NCBI GenBank assembly: GCA_040217195.1
Contig: JAVJNR010000002.1
Span: forward strand, 384,001 to 448,000
Length of the DNA stretch: 64,000 nucleotides
DNA from: Leptospiraceae bacterium
GTDB taxonomy: Bacteria > Spirochaetota > Leptospiria > Leptospirales > Leptonemataceae
Direction: 5' to 3'
Below the pieces are notes generated by a model. That model ran no database searches. It saw nothing but the letters and a program-made list of their open reading frames with translations, and was not told where the DNA came from. This document shows, piece after piece, positions 1 through 9,888 of this stretch (position 1 is its first letter; every line of letters begins with the position of its first letter). The position numbers and the translations under genes were made by a program.

Positions 1-2
1 AG

Positions 3-1136
3 GAGGAGGTTGAAAACCACCCGGAGCGCGTTCGACTGTTTCGAGAAGCCAGTCTCAGGGGCTGGCGTTATGCGATGGAGAACAAAGAGGAAATCATTCA
101 GCTTATCTACAACAAGTATAGTCAGAGGCATAGCCTGGATCATCTTCGCTTTGAGGCCAGGCAGATGGAGCTGCTTATGCCTGACATTGTAGAGGTTGGC
201 CATATGTATCCTGGTCGCTGGGAACACATAGCCAGTGTTTATTCGGAGCTGAACATGATGAGGTCTGACTATGACCTGGATGGATTCATGTATGATCCCA
301 GCCCCGATACGGATCTTACATGGTTTTACGCAACTCTTGCCATTACCGTCTTGATTGCTCTGGTCGTATCCCTGGTTGCATTAACAGTACATAGATTAAA
401 CCTGGATTTGAGAAAAAGCGAAAGCATGCGAAGGCAGGCAGAACGAATCATTCAGCATGACCTAAAGAGTCCTCTGGGTATTATACTCGGCTACAGCGAA
501 ATGCTGCTTACGGACTCAGAAGACTCGCCACATGTTGATGTATACAGAAGGATTAATCGGTCCGCTGCCCAGATGCTGGAAATGGTAAAACGGTCCATGG
601 ATATCTTTGAAATGGAGTCCGGTCAACATAAGATGTCTGGAGATCCGGTGGACTTGAATCAGCTGTTGCAGGAGGTAATTGCGGGCTTCTCCCGAATGGC
701 GCGTACTAAAGAAGTGACTGTCATTGGTTCCCAGGGCGAAAGGCTGCTGGATCAGTCCCCACCGTGCATGATTCCCGGGGATGCGCTATATCTTAAGACT
801 ATGCTGGAAAACCTGATCAAAAACGCAATAGAGGCCTCACCGGATGGGGCGGATGTTTCGATTAATGTGGAAGAACCCGGCCAGGCAGAATCCAGCATTC
901 TGATTTCCATTCATAACAAGGGAGTCATCCCGGAGTCTGTTCGTTCATCTTTTTTTGATCGTTATTCCAGGGGACCTTCCTCCGGCGGAGCCGGTCTGGG
1001 AACCTACAGCGCTCATCTGATTGCTACGGCTCATGGAGGAAGCATTTCATTCAAGACCGATGAGCAAAAAGGAACTGAACTAATCGTTTCTCTGCCCGGT
1101 CTTAATGCATTATCCGCTAGAGACAGCCAGAAATGA
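3..1136 (+). CDS. Sensor histidine kinase with N-terminal NMT1/THI5-like solute-binding domain (5' end lies outside the window)
   Basis: The frame is open from position 3 (EEVENHPERVRLFREASLRGWRYAM..., resembling an NMT1-type binding-protein C-terminus). It then has a TM helix, H-box IIQHDLKSPL, N-box ENLIKNAIEA and G-box GAGLGTYSA. Confidence 0.85.
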   Translation, partial: EEVENHPERVRLFREASLRGWRYAMENKEEIIQLIYNKYSQRHSLDHLRFEARQMELLMPDIVEVGHMYPGRWEHIASVYSELNMMRSDYDLDGFMYDPSPDTDLTWFYATLAITVLIALVVSLVALTVHRLNLDLRKSESMRRQAERIIQHDLKSPLGIILGYSEMLLTDSEDSPHVDVYRRINRSAAQMLEMVKRSMDIFEMESGQHKMSGDPVDLNQLLQEVIAGFSRMARTKEVTVIGSQGERLLDQSPPCMIPGDALYLKTMLENLIKNAIEASPDGADVSINVEEPGQAESSILISIHNKGVIPESVRSSFFDRYSRGPSSGGAGLGTYSAHLIATAHGGSISFKTDEQKGTELIVSLPGLNALSARDSQK

Positions 1137-1430
1137 CCAGGCCAATAGAACGCATTGCATTCTGGAATCAGATGCGCCATTGTTCAGACAATCCTGGATT
1201 CTGGAATTGGATCAGCGGCTCTTTGGGTCCAGCCTCGTATCGGGCCAGATTGATTCCGGAAGTGGCAATGCCGAGACCTGGCAAATGCCAGATTCCCCCG
1301 CGCGCTTTTGCGAACCCTTCTGGATCTTGCTTTTGTAGCGTCTCCCAATTATCTGGAGAAGCCTAATTCTTGGCCCGACCCTTCGGTTCCACTTGCCTTC
1401 TGAGGCCAGTTTAGCATATTTAGTTCAGAG

Positions 1431-2492
1431 ATGGACGCCACAAAGAATTTACACGTAAGATCATTTGAGAAGCTAAGACCCGCAACCGAGTTGCTCGGTG
1501 AATTGCCCGCATCCGCCGAAATCAGCAAACTAATACGCGAGAGCAGGGCTACTATTGCACAAATCCTTTCCGGTGAAGACCCCCGGTTTATGGTTATTTC
1601 AGGCCCCTGCTCCATTCACGATGAAAAAGCAGCGTTCGAGTATGCAGAGCGCTTCGCAAAACTCAGTAAAGAGATAGACGATAAGATATTTCCAGTGATG
1701 CGAGTGTACTTTGAGAAGCCGCGAACCACCGTGGGATGGAAGGGCTTGATAAATGATCCTCATATGGATGGGTCCTACGATATCAACAAAGGCTTGCAAA
1801 AAGCCAGACGCATTCTACTTAGAATTTTAGAGATGGGGCTTCCCACGGCTACGGAGTTTCTGGACCCATTCGTTCCTCAGTACACCGGCGATCTGGTTTG
1901 CTGGGCGGCCATCGGCGCTCGTACTACCGAATCCCAGACTCACCGGGAAATGGCCAGCGGGCTTTCCATGCCTGTGGGCTTCAAAAACAATACGGATGGA
2001 AATACTCAGGTAGCTCTTGAAGCGGTGGAGTCGGCAGTTCATCCGCATAACTTTCTCGGTGTGGACGAAAACGGAGCGGTAAGCGTTGTTCGCACCACAG
2101 GAAATCCCCACTGTCATATTATTCTTCGTGGAGGAAGAAGTAAACCCAACTACGACGAAGACAGTGTGGTCGAAGTAATGAAGGCCATGGAGAAATCGGG
2201 AACAAAGAATCGAATTGTAGTGGATTGTTCCCATGCAAACTCAGGAAAACAGCATGGAAAGCAGGAGATAGCGCTCCAGGAGATTGTAGCCCAGCGTCGA
2301 GATGGAAACGATCAACTGGTGGGAATCATGCTGGAAAGCCATCTGTTCGAAGGTAACCAGAAGATCCCGGACGATCTCAAGGATCTAAAATACGGCGTTT
2401 CGGTGACGGATGCCTGCATAGACTTCCCCACTACGGAGCGACTGCTGCGCGATGCGCATGCGAACCTGAGTCCTGCAGTAGCGGGGGTTTAA
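1431..2492 (+). CDS. 3-deoxy-7-phosphoheptulonate (DAHP) synthase, class I-alpha (AroF/G/H type)
   Basis: Motifs GPCSIHD, RVYFEKPRTTVGWKGLINDP, IGARTTESQTHRE, DCSHANS, YGVSVTDAC. Confidence 0.97.
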   Translation: MDATKNLHVRSFEKLRPATELLGELPASAEISKLIRESRATIAQILSGEDPRFMVISGPCSIHDEKAAFEYAERFAKLSKEIDDKIFPVMRVYFEKPRTTVGWKGLINDPHMDGSYDINKGLQKARRILLRILEMGLPTATEFLDPFVPQYTGDLVCWAAIGARTTESQTHREMASGLSMPVGFKNNTDGNTQVALEAVESAVHPHNFLGVDENGAVSVVRTTGNPHCHIILRGGRSKPNYDEDSVVEVMKAMEKSGTKNRIVVDCSHANSGKQHGKQEIALQEIVAQRRDGNDQLVGIMLESHLFEGNQKIPDDLKDLKYGVSVTDACIDFPTTERLLRDAHANLSPAVAGV

Positions 2493-2647
2493 ACCGGCGA
2501 GGCCGCCCCCACTCACCGTGTCCCAGTCCGGCAGGTATTCAATTGCATAAGCTGATCTCGAAGCCAAACGCAGAAAGATATACATCTAAAAGAGACCAAC
2601 CGGGAATTTCAAATCGCAGAGTTCAAGGCCAGGGCCGCCATCCGTCG

Positions 2648-3265
2648 ATGGGTGGCGCTAAAGCCATCTGTCTTTTCGGGCTTGCATTTCCTTTTTTCGG
2701 ATTTCTGATCCACTGCACCACACCCAGAAAGCTTAGCTGCACCGAAGATACCTCCCAGGAAATAGTCATTCTGAACGGCAGGAAGGTCTATGTGGGAGCC
2801 CGATCTATCAATCTGCATTGGCGGCAAGATTCGGAAGAGGCCGACAAAGGACATTATCACGGGGAGCAATCCCCTACCTGTTTTCCCGGCTTTTATCTAC
2901 AAGATGTAGACGAATTAACGGAACTGCGACAATTGAAAGACCTTCGGAGCCTGGAGATTATTGGTTCCAGTCCTCCCATTGATACAGAGTTCCTGGATTA
3001 CATGCCCGGCCTGGAATCTATCAATTTTCACTGCGCGAAGCTTAAATCTCTGGATCTGAGCAGGCATACTAATCTGCGGTACCTGATCATCTCTTATACA
3101 GGAGTTAGGGATCTTGGTAGCGTTCCGAATTCACTTCGTCTCCTGGTTGTGAGTTCCGATATGCCTCGTGAAGCCATAGAAGATTACAAGAAACGAAACC
3201 CGAAAGTGAATATAGTTCCCGCGGCGAAAGATGATTGCGACGACAGCAAAATATTTGGTCGATAG
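2648..3265 (+). CDS. Putative LRR-like lipoprotein (paralog of 7693..8340)
   Basis: Hydrophobic signal ending LIHC after the ATG at 2648 (track start 2543). LxxLxxLxxLxI-type repeats (LRQLKDLRSLEI, MPGLESINF, HTNLRYLII). Confidence 0.7.
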   Translation: MGGAKAICLFGLAFPFFGFLIHCTTPRKLSCTEDTSQEIVILNGRKVYVGARSINLHWRQDSEEADKGHYHGEQSPTCFPGFYLQDVDELTELRQLKDLRSLEIIGSSPPIDTEFLDYMPGLESINFHCAKLKSLDLSRHTNLRYLIISYTGVRDLGSVPNSLRLLVVSSDMPREAIEDYKKRNPKVNIVPAAKDDCDDSKIFGR

Positions 3266-3287
3266 ATTTCGAGCCGGAACAGAGCCC

Positions 3288-3500
3288 TCAATGCGAAACT
3301 GATATTTCTGCCCCGGCGCCATCATTAAACTCGCAGTCCGCGGACTCACTGCTCAAAGATCGATTTAATATACCGGCTCTGTTGCCATTGAAGACATACG
3401 TTTTGTCCTCTGGAGACGTCTGTCCGGGACAGAGATCTGCCAGTCCATCCCCATTAAGATCCGCCACAACGGAGCCCGGACTGGACGGGATTTGAAACAC
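3288..3500 (-). pseudogene. Remnant of an FG-GAP/integrin-like repeat protein
   Basis: A single FG-GAP-like motif SVVADLNGDGLADL followed by ..TYVFNG in a 70-aa ORF with no signal peptide. Such proteins normally carry multiple repeats. Confidence 0.5.
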
Positions 3501-3513
3501 AGGACTGATACTA

Positions 3514-4467
3514 TTAACGAGAAGCGAAATCTATGTCCTGACACTGATACCCGCTGGATATCATCGTAGGCTCGCTACCATCGCGCAGGATCCGAGTAAT
3601 GGACTGGTTACCCCAGTCGCAAAAATAGATGTACGGACTGGCCGGATCCAGGGCGATGCCTCTGGGAGAGGCCAGGCCGGAAAGCAGAATCTGTTCATTG
3701 CTTCCGTCAAGGTTGGCGGAGTGGATTTCCCCTACCGATGCATCGCCCCAGTAAATTTTTCCAGCTGCCAGGTCCAGTTCCAGGTCGAAGGTGATACCTA
3801 CCGAAGCGACGAGCACGATTTCTCCGGTCCCATCAAGATTAAACCGCTTGAGCTGACTGTTATCGACCATATACAGGTGGTTGTTACCGGCATCCAGGTC
3901 CATAGCTTCGTTAGAGCCAGGAGCGAACACGTTCGAATAATTGCCACCGCTAAGGTCCGTTCTATATATTTGTCCGCTGCCGTTATCGGAGTAGTAGATC
4001 GTTCCCTGGTCTTCCACAGCTACCAGATCCATTACATCCGATAGAGAGGAACTGATTAATGTGCTTGTCCCGTTCACCATGGATACGCGAAACACCTGAC
4101 CTGCGTTTGCCATCCACAGAGTTCGACCATCGGTGGAAAAAGATAATTCTCTGGGCAAGGTCGGTACGCCTGTAAGCGGACTCGCAGTCACCAGACCATC
4201 ATCCATTTTGTATAGAAGGTTATTTGTGATATCTCCCCAGTAAACGGCTCGCAGGGATGCCAGGACTAGAAAGGAAATCAATCCGGATTCTGAGCAGCCC
4301 GGGTCATCCGGGCGACAGAGACGCCGGGAATCTCCGCAAACCGTGGCGGCGAGTGAAGTGGCGCACAAGACAACAATCAATGGGGTTTTGCTCAAGGGAC
4401 GCCGCCGCTTTCTGTCTGGCCCGGTTAGAGCTTCCCTGGTTGTTGCCGGCCAGCGCTGGTCTTTCAT
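3514..4467 (-). CDS. Putative lipoprotein with LDL-receptor class B (YWTD-like) beta-propeller
   Basis: Repeats IYYSD, IYWGD..IHSANLDGS, PRGIALDP..IYFCD. Signal ending AATVC and a CRPDDPGC motif. Start codon uncertain. Confidence 0.8.
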   Translation of the reverse strand: MKDQRWPATTREALTGPDRKRRRPLSKTPLIVVLCATSLAATVCGDSRRLCRPDDPGCSESGLISFLVLASLRAVYWGDITNNLLYKMDDGLVTASPLTGVPTLPRELSFSTDGRTLWMANAGQVFRVSMVNGTSTLISSSLSDVMDLVAVEDQGTIYYSDNGSGQIYRTDLSGGNYSNVFAPGSNEAMDLDAGNNHLYMVDNSQLKRFNLDGTGEIVLVASVGITFDLELDLAAGKIYWGDASVGEIHSANLDGSNEQILLSGLASPRGIALDPASPYIYFCDWGNQSITRILRDGSEPTMISSGYQCQDIDFASR

Positions 4468-4675
4468 CAGAAAAAAATAGGCAGCCCGAAAAAGGATTCA
4501 ATGATTTTCCAAATCCCTTTCCTGCTGAATCAGACTTTTTCGCCGGGATTTCAGCTAGCCGATGGAGTAACAGTCGGCATTACCGGCTGCGCTGCCGACT
4601 GCAGGGAAAACACCTTCAGCAGGCTGGCACTTTCTGGTTAATGGTGGGCCCGAGAGCAATGACTGTCCGCAATTA

Positions 4676-5608
4676 CTACTGAAACAGTTCCCTTGGTGCC
4701 TCTTCAATCATATTCTTCACCTGATAGGCATTGTAGACCGCTTTAGTGCCATCCGCGAAGCGAAGGGTAATGGCTTCCAGAAATACAGCTCGAACTTCGG
4801 AACTGCTACCCACATCTGAATACTTTCGCTCTGAAGCAAATGTACCGGGAGGAATTCGCATCTCCAGAGTTCGCTCCACATAGGCAAAGGGTCCCACCGG
4901 CTGTACAGGGGTAATGCTGAACAGCGAAGGTGCAGGAGCGAATTTGATTGTAATGGCTGTGATTTCTTTTCCCGTGTTGTTGTAGAAGTCCAGATTTACG
5001 CTTTTTCTATTTGGAGCTCCGTAATCGTAGCTGTAAATGAACTCATTGATGATAATTGGATACCTTCTTCGGTTTGCCTTGATCTGTGCGATCTTGCTTT
5101 TCTTACCATCTACCCAGGCCTGCATTCGTTGAACAGCCTTCTGAATGTCCGGTGCTGCCTTTAGCGCTGCTTCATCGAGTCCGCCCAGGAAAGGGTCCGA
5201 ATCGTCGAGAAACGGCCCGACGAACATCAACGGAAAGAAATAGATCTGGGTATTCTCGATTTTCGTTGTCACCATTTCTGACTTGCTTGCATCCAATGCT
5301 GGAGCCTTCACCTCAAAAGTGACGTCATACGTTTCGTTATCCCAGCAAGGTATGATAAACATGAAGAGAGCGGGAATAATGCAGCGAGTGGAATTCGTTT
5401 TACTTTTTTGACCTTCTATGGTGATTAGAGAACGCGGATCATGCTGGAGTCCCTGCTGCAGCAAGGCTTCCGCCACCGGCACCTGCTTTGCATTTGCTTG
5501 ATAGTCCGGTACGTTATAGCCCGAAACGTCCGGATCTGGATAGAACGTCACGCAGTTCAGAAACAGAGTTATTGGAATCATGAATGCGAACGTTCTCATA
5601 GCATTCAT
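4676..5608 (-). CDS. Hypothetical lipoprotein
   Basis: 310-aa ORF with a lipobox-like LFLNC after a short hydrophobic signal. Confidence 0.7.
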   Translation of the reverse strand: MNAMRTFAFMIPITLFLNCVTFYPDPDVSGYNVPDYQANAKQVPVAEALLQQGLQHDPRSLITIEGQKSKTNSTRCIIPALFMFIIPCWDNETYDVTFEVKAPALDASKSEMVTTKIENTQIYFFPLMFVGPFLDDSDPFLGGLDEAALKAAPDIQKAVQRMQAWVDGKKSKIAQIKANRRRYPIIINEFIYSYDYGAPNRKSVNLDFYNNTGKEITAITIKFAPAPSLFSITPVQPVGPFAYVERTLEMRIPPGTFASERKYSDVGSSSEVRAVFLEAITLRFADGTKAVYNAYQVKNMIEEAPRELFQ

Positions 5609-5832
5609 TTTCTCTTGTTGCTCCGAAATCGGGTCAAGCCGGATTTTCTGAAAAAGTTAGAATTGTCCCGGGATTCCTTCGAATAAGCCTCCCTTTTAGT
5701 ATCGTAAACGACTAGCGCTGGCGCACATTGGGAACGACCCGAACCCAACTATCTGCGATGCGCGAACCCGAAAAGTCCCGATTTTCCGGTTGATTCATTC
5801 GCGAAGTTCCATATGGGCTGACTGGCCCGGTG

Positions 5833-7554
5833 TCATGTTGAATCGCCGGAGGGAAGATTTCGTCTGTCCTGTCCCGGGAGGCTTAACTTTGCGGCGGACT
5901 GCATAGAGTAAACACGCAACATCCCTGTGCGACCTCGGACAGCCACCTCATGACTGGCTAGATCATCTGGCACAACCCCTGCATTCTCAAAAACATCCTG
6001 CGAGACAATAAGGTTACAATTGTACTGTCGGGTCATCCCTTCCAGGCGGCTGGCTGTGTTTACTGGATCTCCCACTGCAGTAAGTCCTACTGCATCCCCG
6101 TATCCCATGCGGCCGGCTATCACATGCCCTGAATGAATCCCTATGCTCATCTTCAATGGTTCAGACAGGTCCTGTTCCAGACGTTGATTCAGCGATACCA
6201 GTTCCTGTTCCATCGATTGAGCAGCGCGTAACGCTTCCAGACAGCCTACTTTCAACCCGGTATGCAGCCCAAAAAGAGCCATGATTCCATCGCCAATGAA
6301 CTTATCCACATGACCGCCTTCCTTTTCAATAGCACGTCCCATTTGCAGAAAGTACTGATTCAACATGAAAACGATGTCATAGGGCAGTTTGTGTTCGGAA
6401 AGCTCAGTAAATCCTCGCAAATCGGCAAATAAAATAGCGATATCCGTATCCTGTCCAAAGTTGAATTCATCTGAAAGGTTTAGAGTTTTCGTCGTCGCTT
6501 CCTGTAGGCTTAGAAGTGGATGCACCTGTACATTTGCCTGAACGTTTGCGACACAGGCCAGTCGAACATTGGGCGCTGCCTTGATTCGGCTCAATACCTT
6601 TCTTTCGTCCTCGGTCGGTTCTGACAAGCTTTCAGAGCCATCCTCTATGCGAATGCGGCAGGTGGAGCAGCGGCCTCTTCCGCCGCAGACGGATGGATGG
6701 CGGACGTTGGCCAGAAGGCTTGCGTTTAAAACTGTAATTCCTGGTGGAACAAAAATCTCCGTTCCATCGCTGTATCGGATGCGAATTGTACGCCGGCGGC
6801 GTCGGCTCCATTGTGCAATGAATCGGCCTGCGAATGCAAGAGCCAGTAAGCCGGTGTATCCAGTGCCTGCTATATTACCCAGTGCAAGGGACTCTTCCAG
6901 CATTTCCCTTTCCGTTTTCGCACCATGCTGTTTCAGTAATATCTCTTTGCGCTCCGGATCCTGAATTTGAATCATTACTTCTTTTCCACCACTTATAAAT
7001 CCGGCAATTGCGAATACCGGTAAAGCGATGGCAGGAACAATGGCAATCTTCCAGGCAACCGGATACCATGACTTGAATCTCAGCCAGTAATGCAGGCCAA
7101 GGCAACCATGGGTCCAGGCAACCACCACCAGAAGAACCATGGTAGGGAAAACGTACGGATTGAACATGGAATAGATCGCACCGGCATACTCGGGTTCATA
7201 ACCAAGAGAGTCCGGCGTAACGTGGGAACCCATGTAATGGGCGATTAGAACATAGGGTATGAGAAGCCCAAGTAGCAATCTGGCCCAATAACCAACGCTG
7301 AATCGAAGTACAGGCATTCGGATGATTTCATTGAGCGCGGTTAGGATATGCAGGAACGCTGCTGTGGGTACCAGCCATCCGAACCCCAGTGGATGCCAGA
7401 TGGGTTGAACCAGCCGTAAGGCTACATTCATTGCTTCAATGGAAATCAATCCCAGTGATGCATTCAGAAGATGAGTGAATACATAGGCCATCAGGATCAG
7501 CCCCGAATACAGGCGGATGGCGGATCCGAGTCTGCGGACATGCGAGCTACTCAT
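5833..7554 (-). CDS. Class III adenylate/guanylate cyclase with His-rich membrane domain and 2Fe-2S ferredoxin domain (CyaC-like)
   Basis: TM region with conserved His (FTHLLN, FLHIL, IAHYMG, WTHGCLGLH); CGGRGRCSTC...RLAC; cyclase motifs FADLRGFT, DKFIGDG, GDPVNTASRLE. Confidence 0.92.
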   Translation of the reverse strand: MSSSHVRRLGSAIRLYSGLILMAYVFTHLLNASLGLISIEAMNVALRLVQPIWHPLGFGWLVPTAAFLHILTALNEIIRMPVLRFSVGYWARLLLGLLIPYVLIAHYMGSHVTPDSLGYEPEYAGAIYSMFNPYVFPTMVLLVVVAWTHGCLGLHYWLRFKSWYPVAWKIAIVPAIALPVFAIAGFISGGKEVMIQIQDPERKEILLKQHGAKTEREMLEESLALGNIAGTGYTGLLALAFAGRFIAQWSRRRRRTIRIRYSDGTEIFVPPGITVLNASLLANVRHPSVCGGRGRCSTCRIRIEDGSESLSEPTEDERKVLSRIKAAPNVRLACVANVQANVQVHPLLSLQEATTKTLNLSDEFNFGQDTDIAILFADLRGFTELSEHKLPYDIVFMLNQYFLQMGRAIEKEGGHVDKFIGDGIMALFGLHTGLKVGCLEALRAAQSMEQELVSLNQRLEQDLSEPLKMSIGIHSGHVIAGRMGYGDAVGLTAVGDPVNTASRLEGMTRQYNCNLIVSQDVFENAGVVPDDLASHEVAVRGRTGMLRVYSMQSAAKLSLPGQDRRNLPSGDST

Positions 7555-7692
7555 TTGATTCGAGTTCTGGCATCCGGTGGGGAACCGGTCAACTCACTAT
7601 TCAGGCGGGCGGTTCAAACAGGACAATGGTCAGCAAACTATTTGGTTGCATAGTGGATAGAATCAACGTATACAGGATCAAGAAAGGAATTC

Positions 7693-8340
7693 ATGAATAG
7701 ATCTGTAATAGTTGCCATCCTTTTTTCCTTGGTAGCTATGGGTTGCCAGGGACCCGTAAACCAGGATCCGAGCATTGAGTCGGACCCTTCGTTTCCTCCG
7801 GTTCGAATTGGCCCAACGCTTGTAGCCCGAGACTGCCAGTCGCTTTTTATCTACGATCGACGCACGATTGTGCCCAGCTTCGAATCCAGGTACGGTGATC
7901 ATGATCATGGCCATGACATCTATGACCACAGGTCCAGTGGAAAGCTCGAAATCGAACTAAATGATTCTCCGGCATTTGCTATTCAGGAAATTCCTGATAT
8001 GTCTGCGTTGGGTGACCTCCAAAATCTCAGGAGATTAATGATCAGAGGATTGAGAAATCCTGTGGACACAAAGTTTCTGGAAAGCCTTGAGAATCTGGAA
8101 AGCCTGGATTTCTACTGCTCCCGAGTGGATCGGCTGGAGATCCGAAACCTGAAGAAGCTCAAATATTTGATCCTATCTTATAGCCAATTACAGAACCTGG
8201 AAGGCCTGCCCGATCAACTCAAATTGCTTGTGGTAACAGATGGGATCCCAGAATCGGAGATTGAAGAATACAAGCGACGAAATTCGAATGTAAACGTAGT
8301 TCCCACGGCGCCTGACGATTGTCGCAATTTGACGCCCTAG
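7693..8340 (+). CDS. Putative LRR-like lipoprotein (paralog of 2648..3265)
   Basis: SD AAGGAA; lipobox VAMGC; LRR-like repeats LGDLQNLRRLMI, LENLESLDF, LKKLKYLIL. Confidence 0.8.
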   Translation: MNRSVIVAILFSLVAMGCQGPVNQDPSIESDPSFPPVRIGPTLVARDCQSLFIYDRRTIVPSFESRYGDHDHGHDIYDHRSSGKLEIELNDSPAFAIQEIPDMSALGDLQNLRRLMIRGLRNPVDTKFLESLENLESLDFYCSRVDRLEIRNLKKLKYLILSYSQLQNLEGLPDQLKLLVVTDGIPESEIEEYKRRNSNVNVVPTAPDDCRNLTP

Positions 8341-8349
8341 GGGAGTCAC

Positions 8350-8375
8350 AAAAAAAGCCGCATTTCTGCAGCTTT
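8350..8375 (-). terminator. Intrinsic terminator of the tRNA operon
   Basis: Minus strand AAAGCTGCA-GAAA-TGCGGCTTT continuing into a T run, downstream of tRNA-Tyr. Confidence 0.8.
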
Positions 8376-8425
8376 CTGAGTGGGCCGGACGTTTGGGCCT
8401 CCGGGCATTCTCTTTTATTGAAATG

Positions 8426-8508
8426 TGGGCAGGGGAGGATTCGAACCTCCGTAGACTCGCGTCGGCAGATTTACAGTCTGCTGCCATTAACCACTCGGCC
8501 ACCTACCC
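8426..8508 (-). tRNA. tRNA-Tyr(GUA)
   Basis: GGGTAGGTGGCCGAGTGGTTAATGGCAGCAGA-CTGTAAA-TCTGC, long variable arm, GGAGGTTCGAATCCTCCCCTGCCCA. Confidence 0.97.
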
Positions 8509-8510
8509 GA

Positions 8511-8587
8511 TGGTGCTGCCTGTAGGCCTCGAACCCACGACCTGCTGATTACAAGTCAGCTGCTCTACCAGACTGAGCTAAGGCAGC
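8511..8587 (-). tRNA. tRNA-Thr(UGU)
   Basis: GCTGCCTTAGCTCAGTCTGGTAGAGCAGCTGA-CTTGTAA-TCAGCAGGTCGTGGGTTCGAGGCCTACAGGCAGCACCA, with encoded CCA. Confidence 0.97.
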
Positions 8588-8709
8588 GCTCGCAAGCACG
8601 GTCCCGGAAAGGCCCCGGTGCGTCAAGCAAAGTAAAGCGATTGTCCTGCTGGCCCGGGCTACTATTTTGGGATTTCTGGCCAGTCCAGACCCTGATTAGA
8701 AGTGTTATT

Positions 8710-9381
8710 ATGAAACTGATGGATCGTTGGAAAGAATTCTATAAGCGCACTCAAGAGGAAAAGGACCTGAGGTTTAAGATTTCGGTATCCAGTCTGGTAA
8801 TCATCCTTCTGGGGGGAGCCATTCTTGCCGATGCAAATCCACTCAGACTGTTGATTCCGGGAACTCTGTATCCCTTTCCAGCCTATGACTCCAGGGATTC
8901 CGTTAACATCTATGCAATCGAGCGAGAAACAGGTAAACTGATTCAAGCAGAAGAGCCAGTGATGATGGAAGGTACTCCCGAAGATCGAGTATACAGACTG
9001 GCAGCCACAGTGGCCAACCCTTCGGCTGGATCAGTCCGAAACTTTCATAAGCTTGTTTACGCCATGCCCTATCCGGCTTTCAATCTATCCGTACAGAAAG
9101 TCTGGATCGAAAAAGGACGATTGGTTCTATCCATAGACGGAGAAAGTCTGCGCTATGAACTAAAAGAACGATTCAAAGGTGAAAAGCTGGAGGATATGAA
9201 AGAACCCGCTGCTCTTCTGGATGGATACTTCCGCTGTTTGACTCTAACGCTGGCAGAGGTGGATCTGGGTACTGAAGATCCCATCCAATTCATATCCTAT
9301 AGTTTGAGCAATGAACAGGCCCTGGAAGAGTATCAGCCTTTGCTCAAGTTTTCTTTTGACGCTCGTTATGCGGCCAGGTAG
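8710..9381 (+). CDS. Hypothetical membrane-anchored protein
   Basis: ATG at 8710 (MKLMDRW...), one N-terminal TM helix, no recognised catalytic motif. Confidence 0.75.
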   Translation: MKLMDRWKEFYKRTQEEKDLRFKISVSSLVIILLGGAILADANPLRLLIPGTLYPFPAYDSRDSVNIYAIERETGKLIQAEEPVMMEGTPEDRVYRLAATVANPSAGSVRNFHKLVYAMPYPAFNLSVQKVWIEKGRLVLSIDGESLRYELKERFKGEKLEDMKEPAALLDGYFRCLTLTLAEVDLGTEDPIQFISYSLSNEQALEEYQPLLKFSFDARYAAR

Positions 9382-9415
9382 CTTTCCTTTCAGCTACTGC
9401 GGGCCCGGCTATTAA

Positions 9416-9790
9416 ATGAAGTCACTCATCGAAACTGCACGTAGCCTGGCTGGAGAATATGCTCTTGCCAGACCATCGTTCACAGCCGGAGCGGTGGGTG
9501 CAGCCCTCTTATCGGCCAGCGGTCAGATCTATTCCGGCATTTGTGTTGAGCTCGCCTGCGGCATTGGATTCTGCGCCGAGCATGCAGCCATGGCTGAAAT
9601 GCTCAAGAAGCGAGAAACAGTCATAGATACAATCGTTGCAAGCAAAGCTGATGGGATTGTCCCTCCTTGCGGTCGCTGTCGCGAAATGATGTATCAATTG
9701 GATGCAAGAAACAAAGATGCGAAGATTATACTTTCGCCGGATCGCACGGTAACTCTGAATGAGCTGCTGCCCGAGCACTGGAAGATCTAG
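9416..9790 (+). CDS. Cytidine deaminase family protein
   Basis: Zn motifs CAEHAA and PPCGRCRE. Confidence 0.9.
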   Translation: MKSLIETARSLAGEYALARPSFTAGAVGAALLSASGQIYSGICVELACGIGFCAEHAAMAEMLKKRETVIDTIVASKADGIVPPCGRCREMMYQLDARNKDAKIILSPDRTVTLNELLPEHWKI

Positions 9791-9888
9791 GCGATTTTGC
9801 AGGTTTTTCTGGGAGCGATAACCAGACCTGCATGCTGACCGGGTTCGGATAACCGGTTCTTCGAATATAAGTGACTGAATACCTAACC

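Noticed and set aside
1105..1366. Two overlapping 77-aa ORFs after the kinase
   Set aside because: No recognisable motif or SD. They cannot be supported as genes, though a pseudogene remnant is not excluded.
2493..8425. tRNA-anchored integrative element
   Set aside because: No integrase and no duplicated tRNA 3' end (att site) found.
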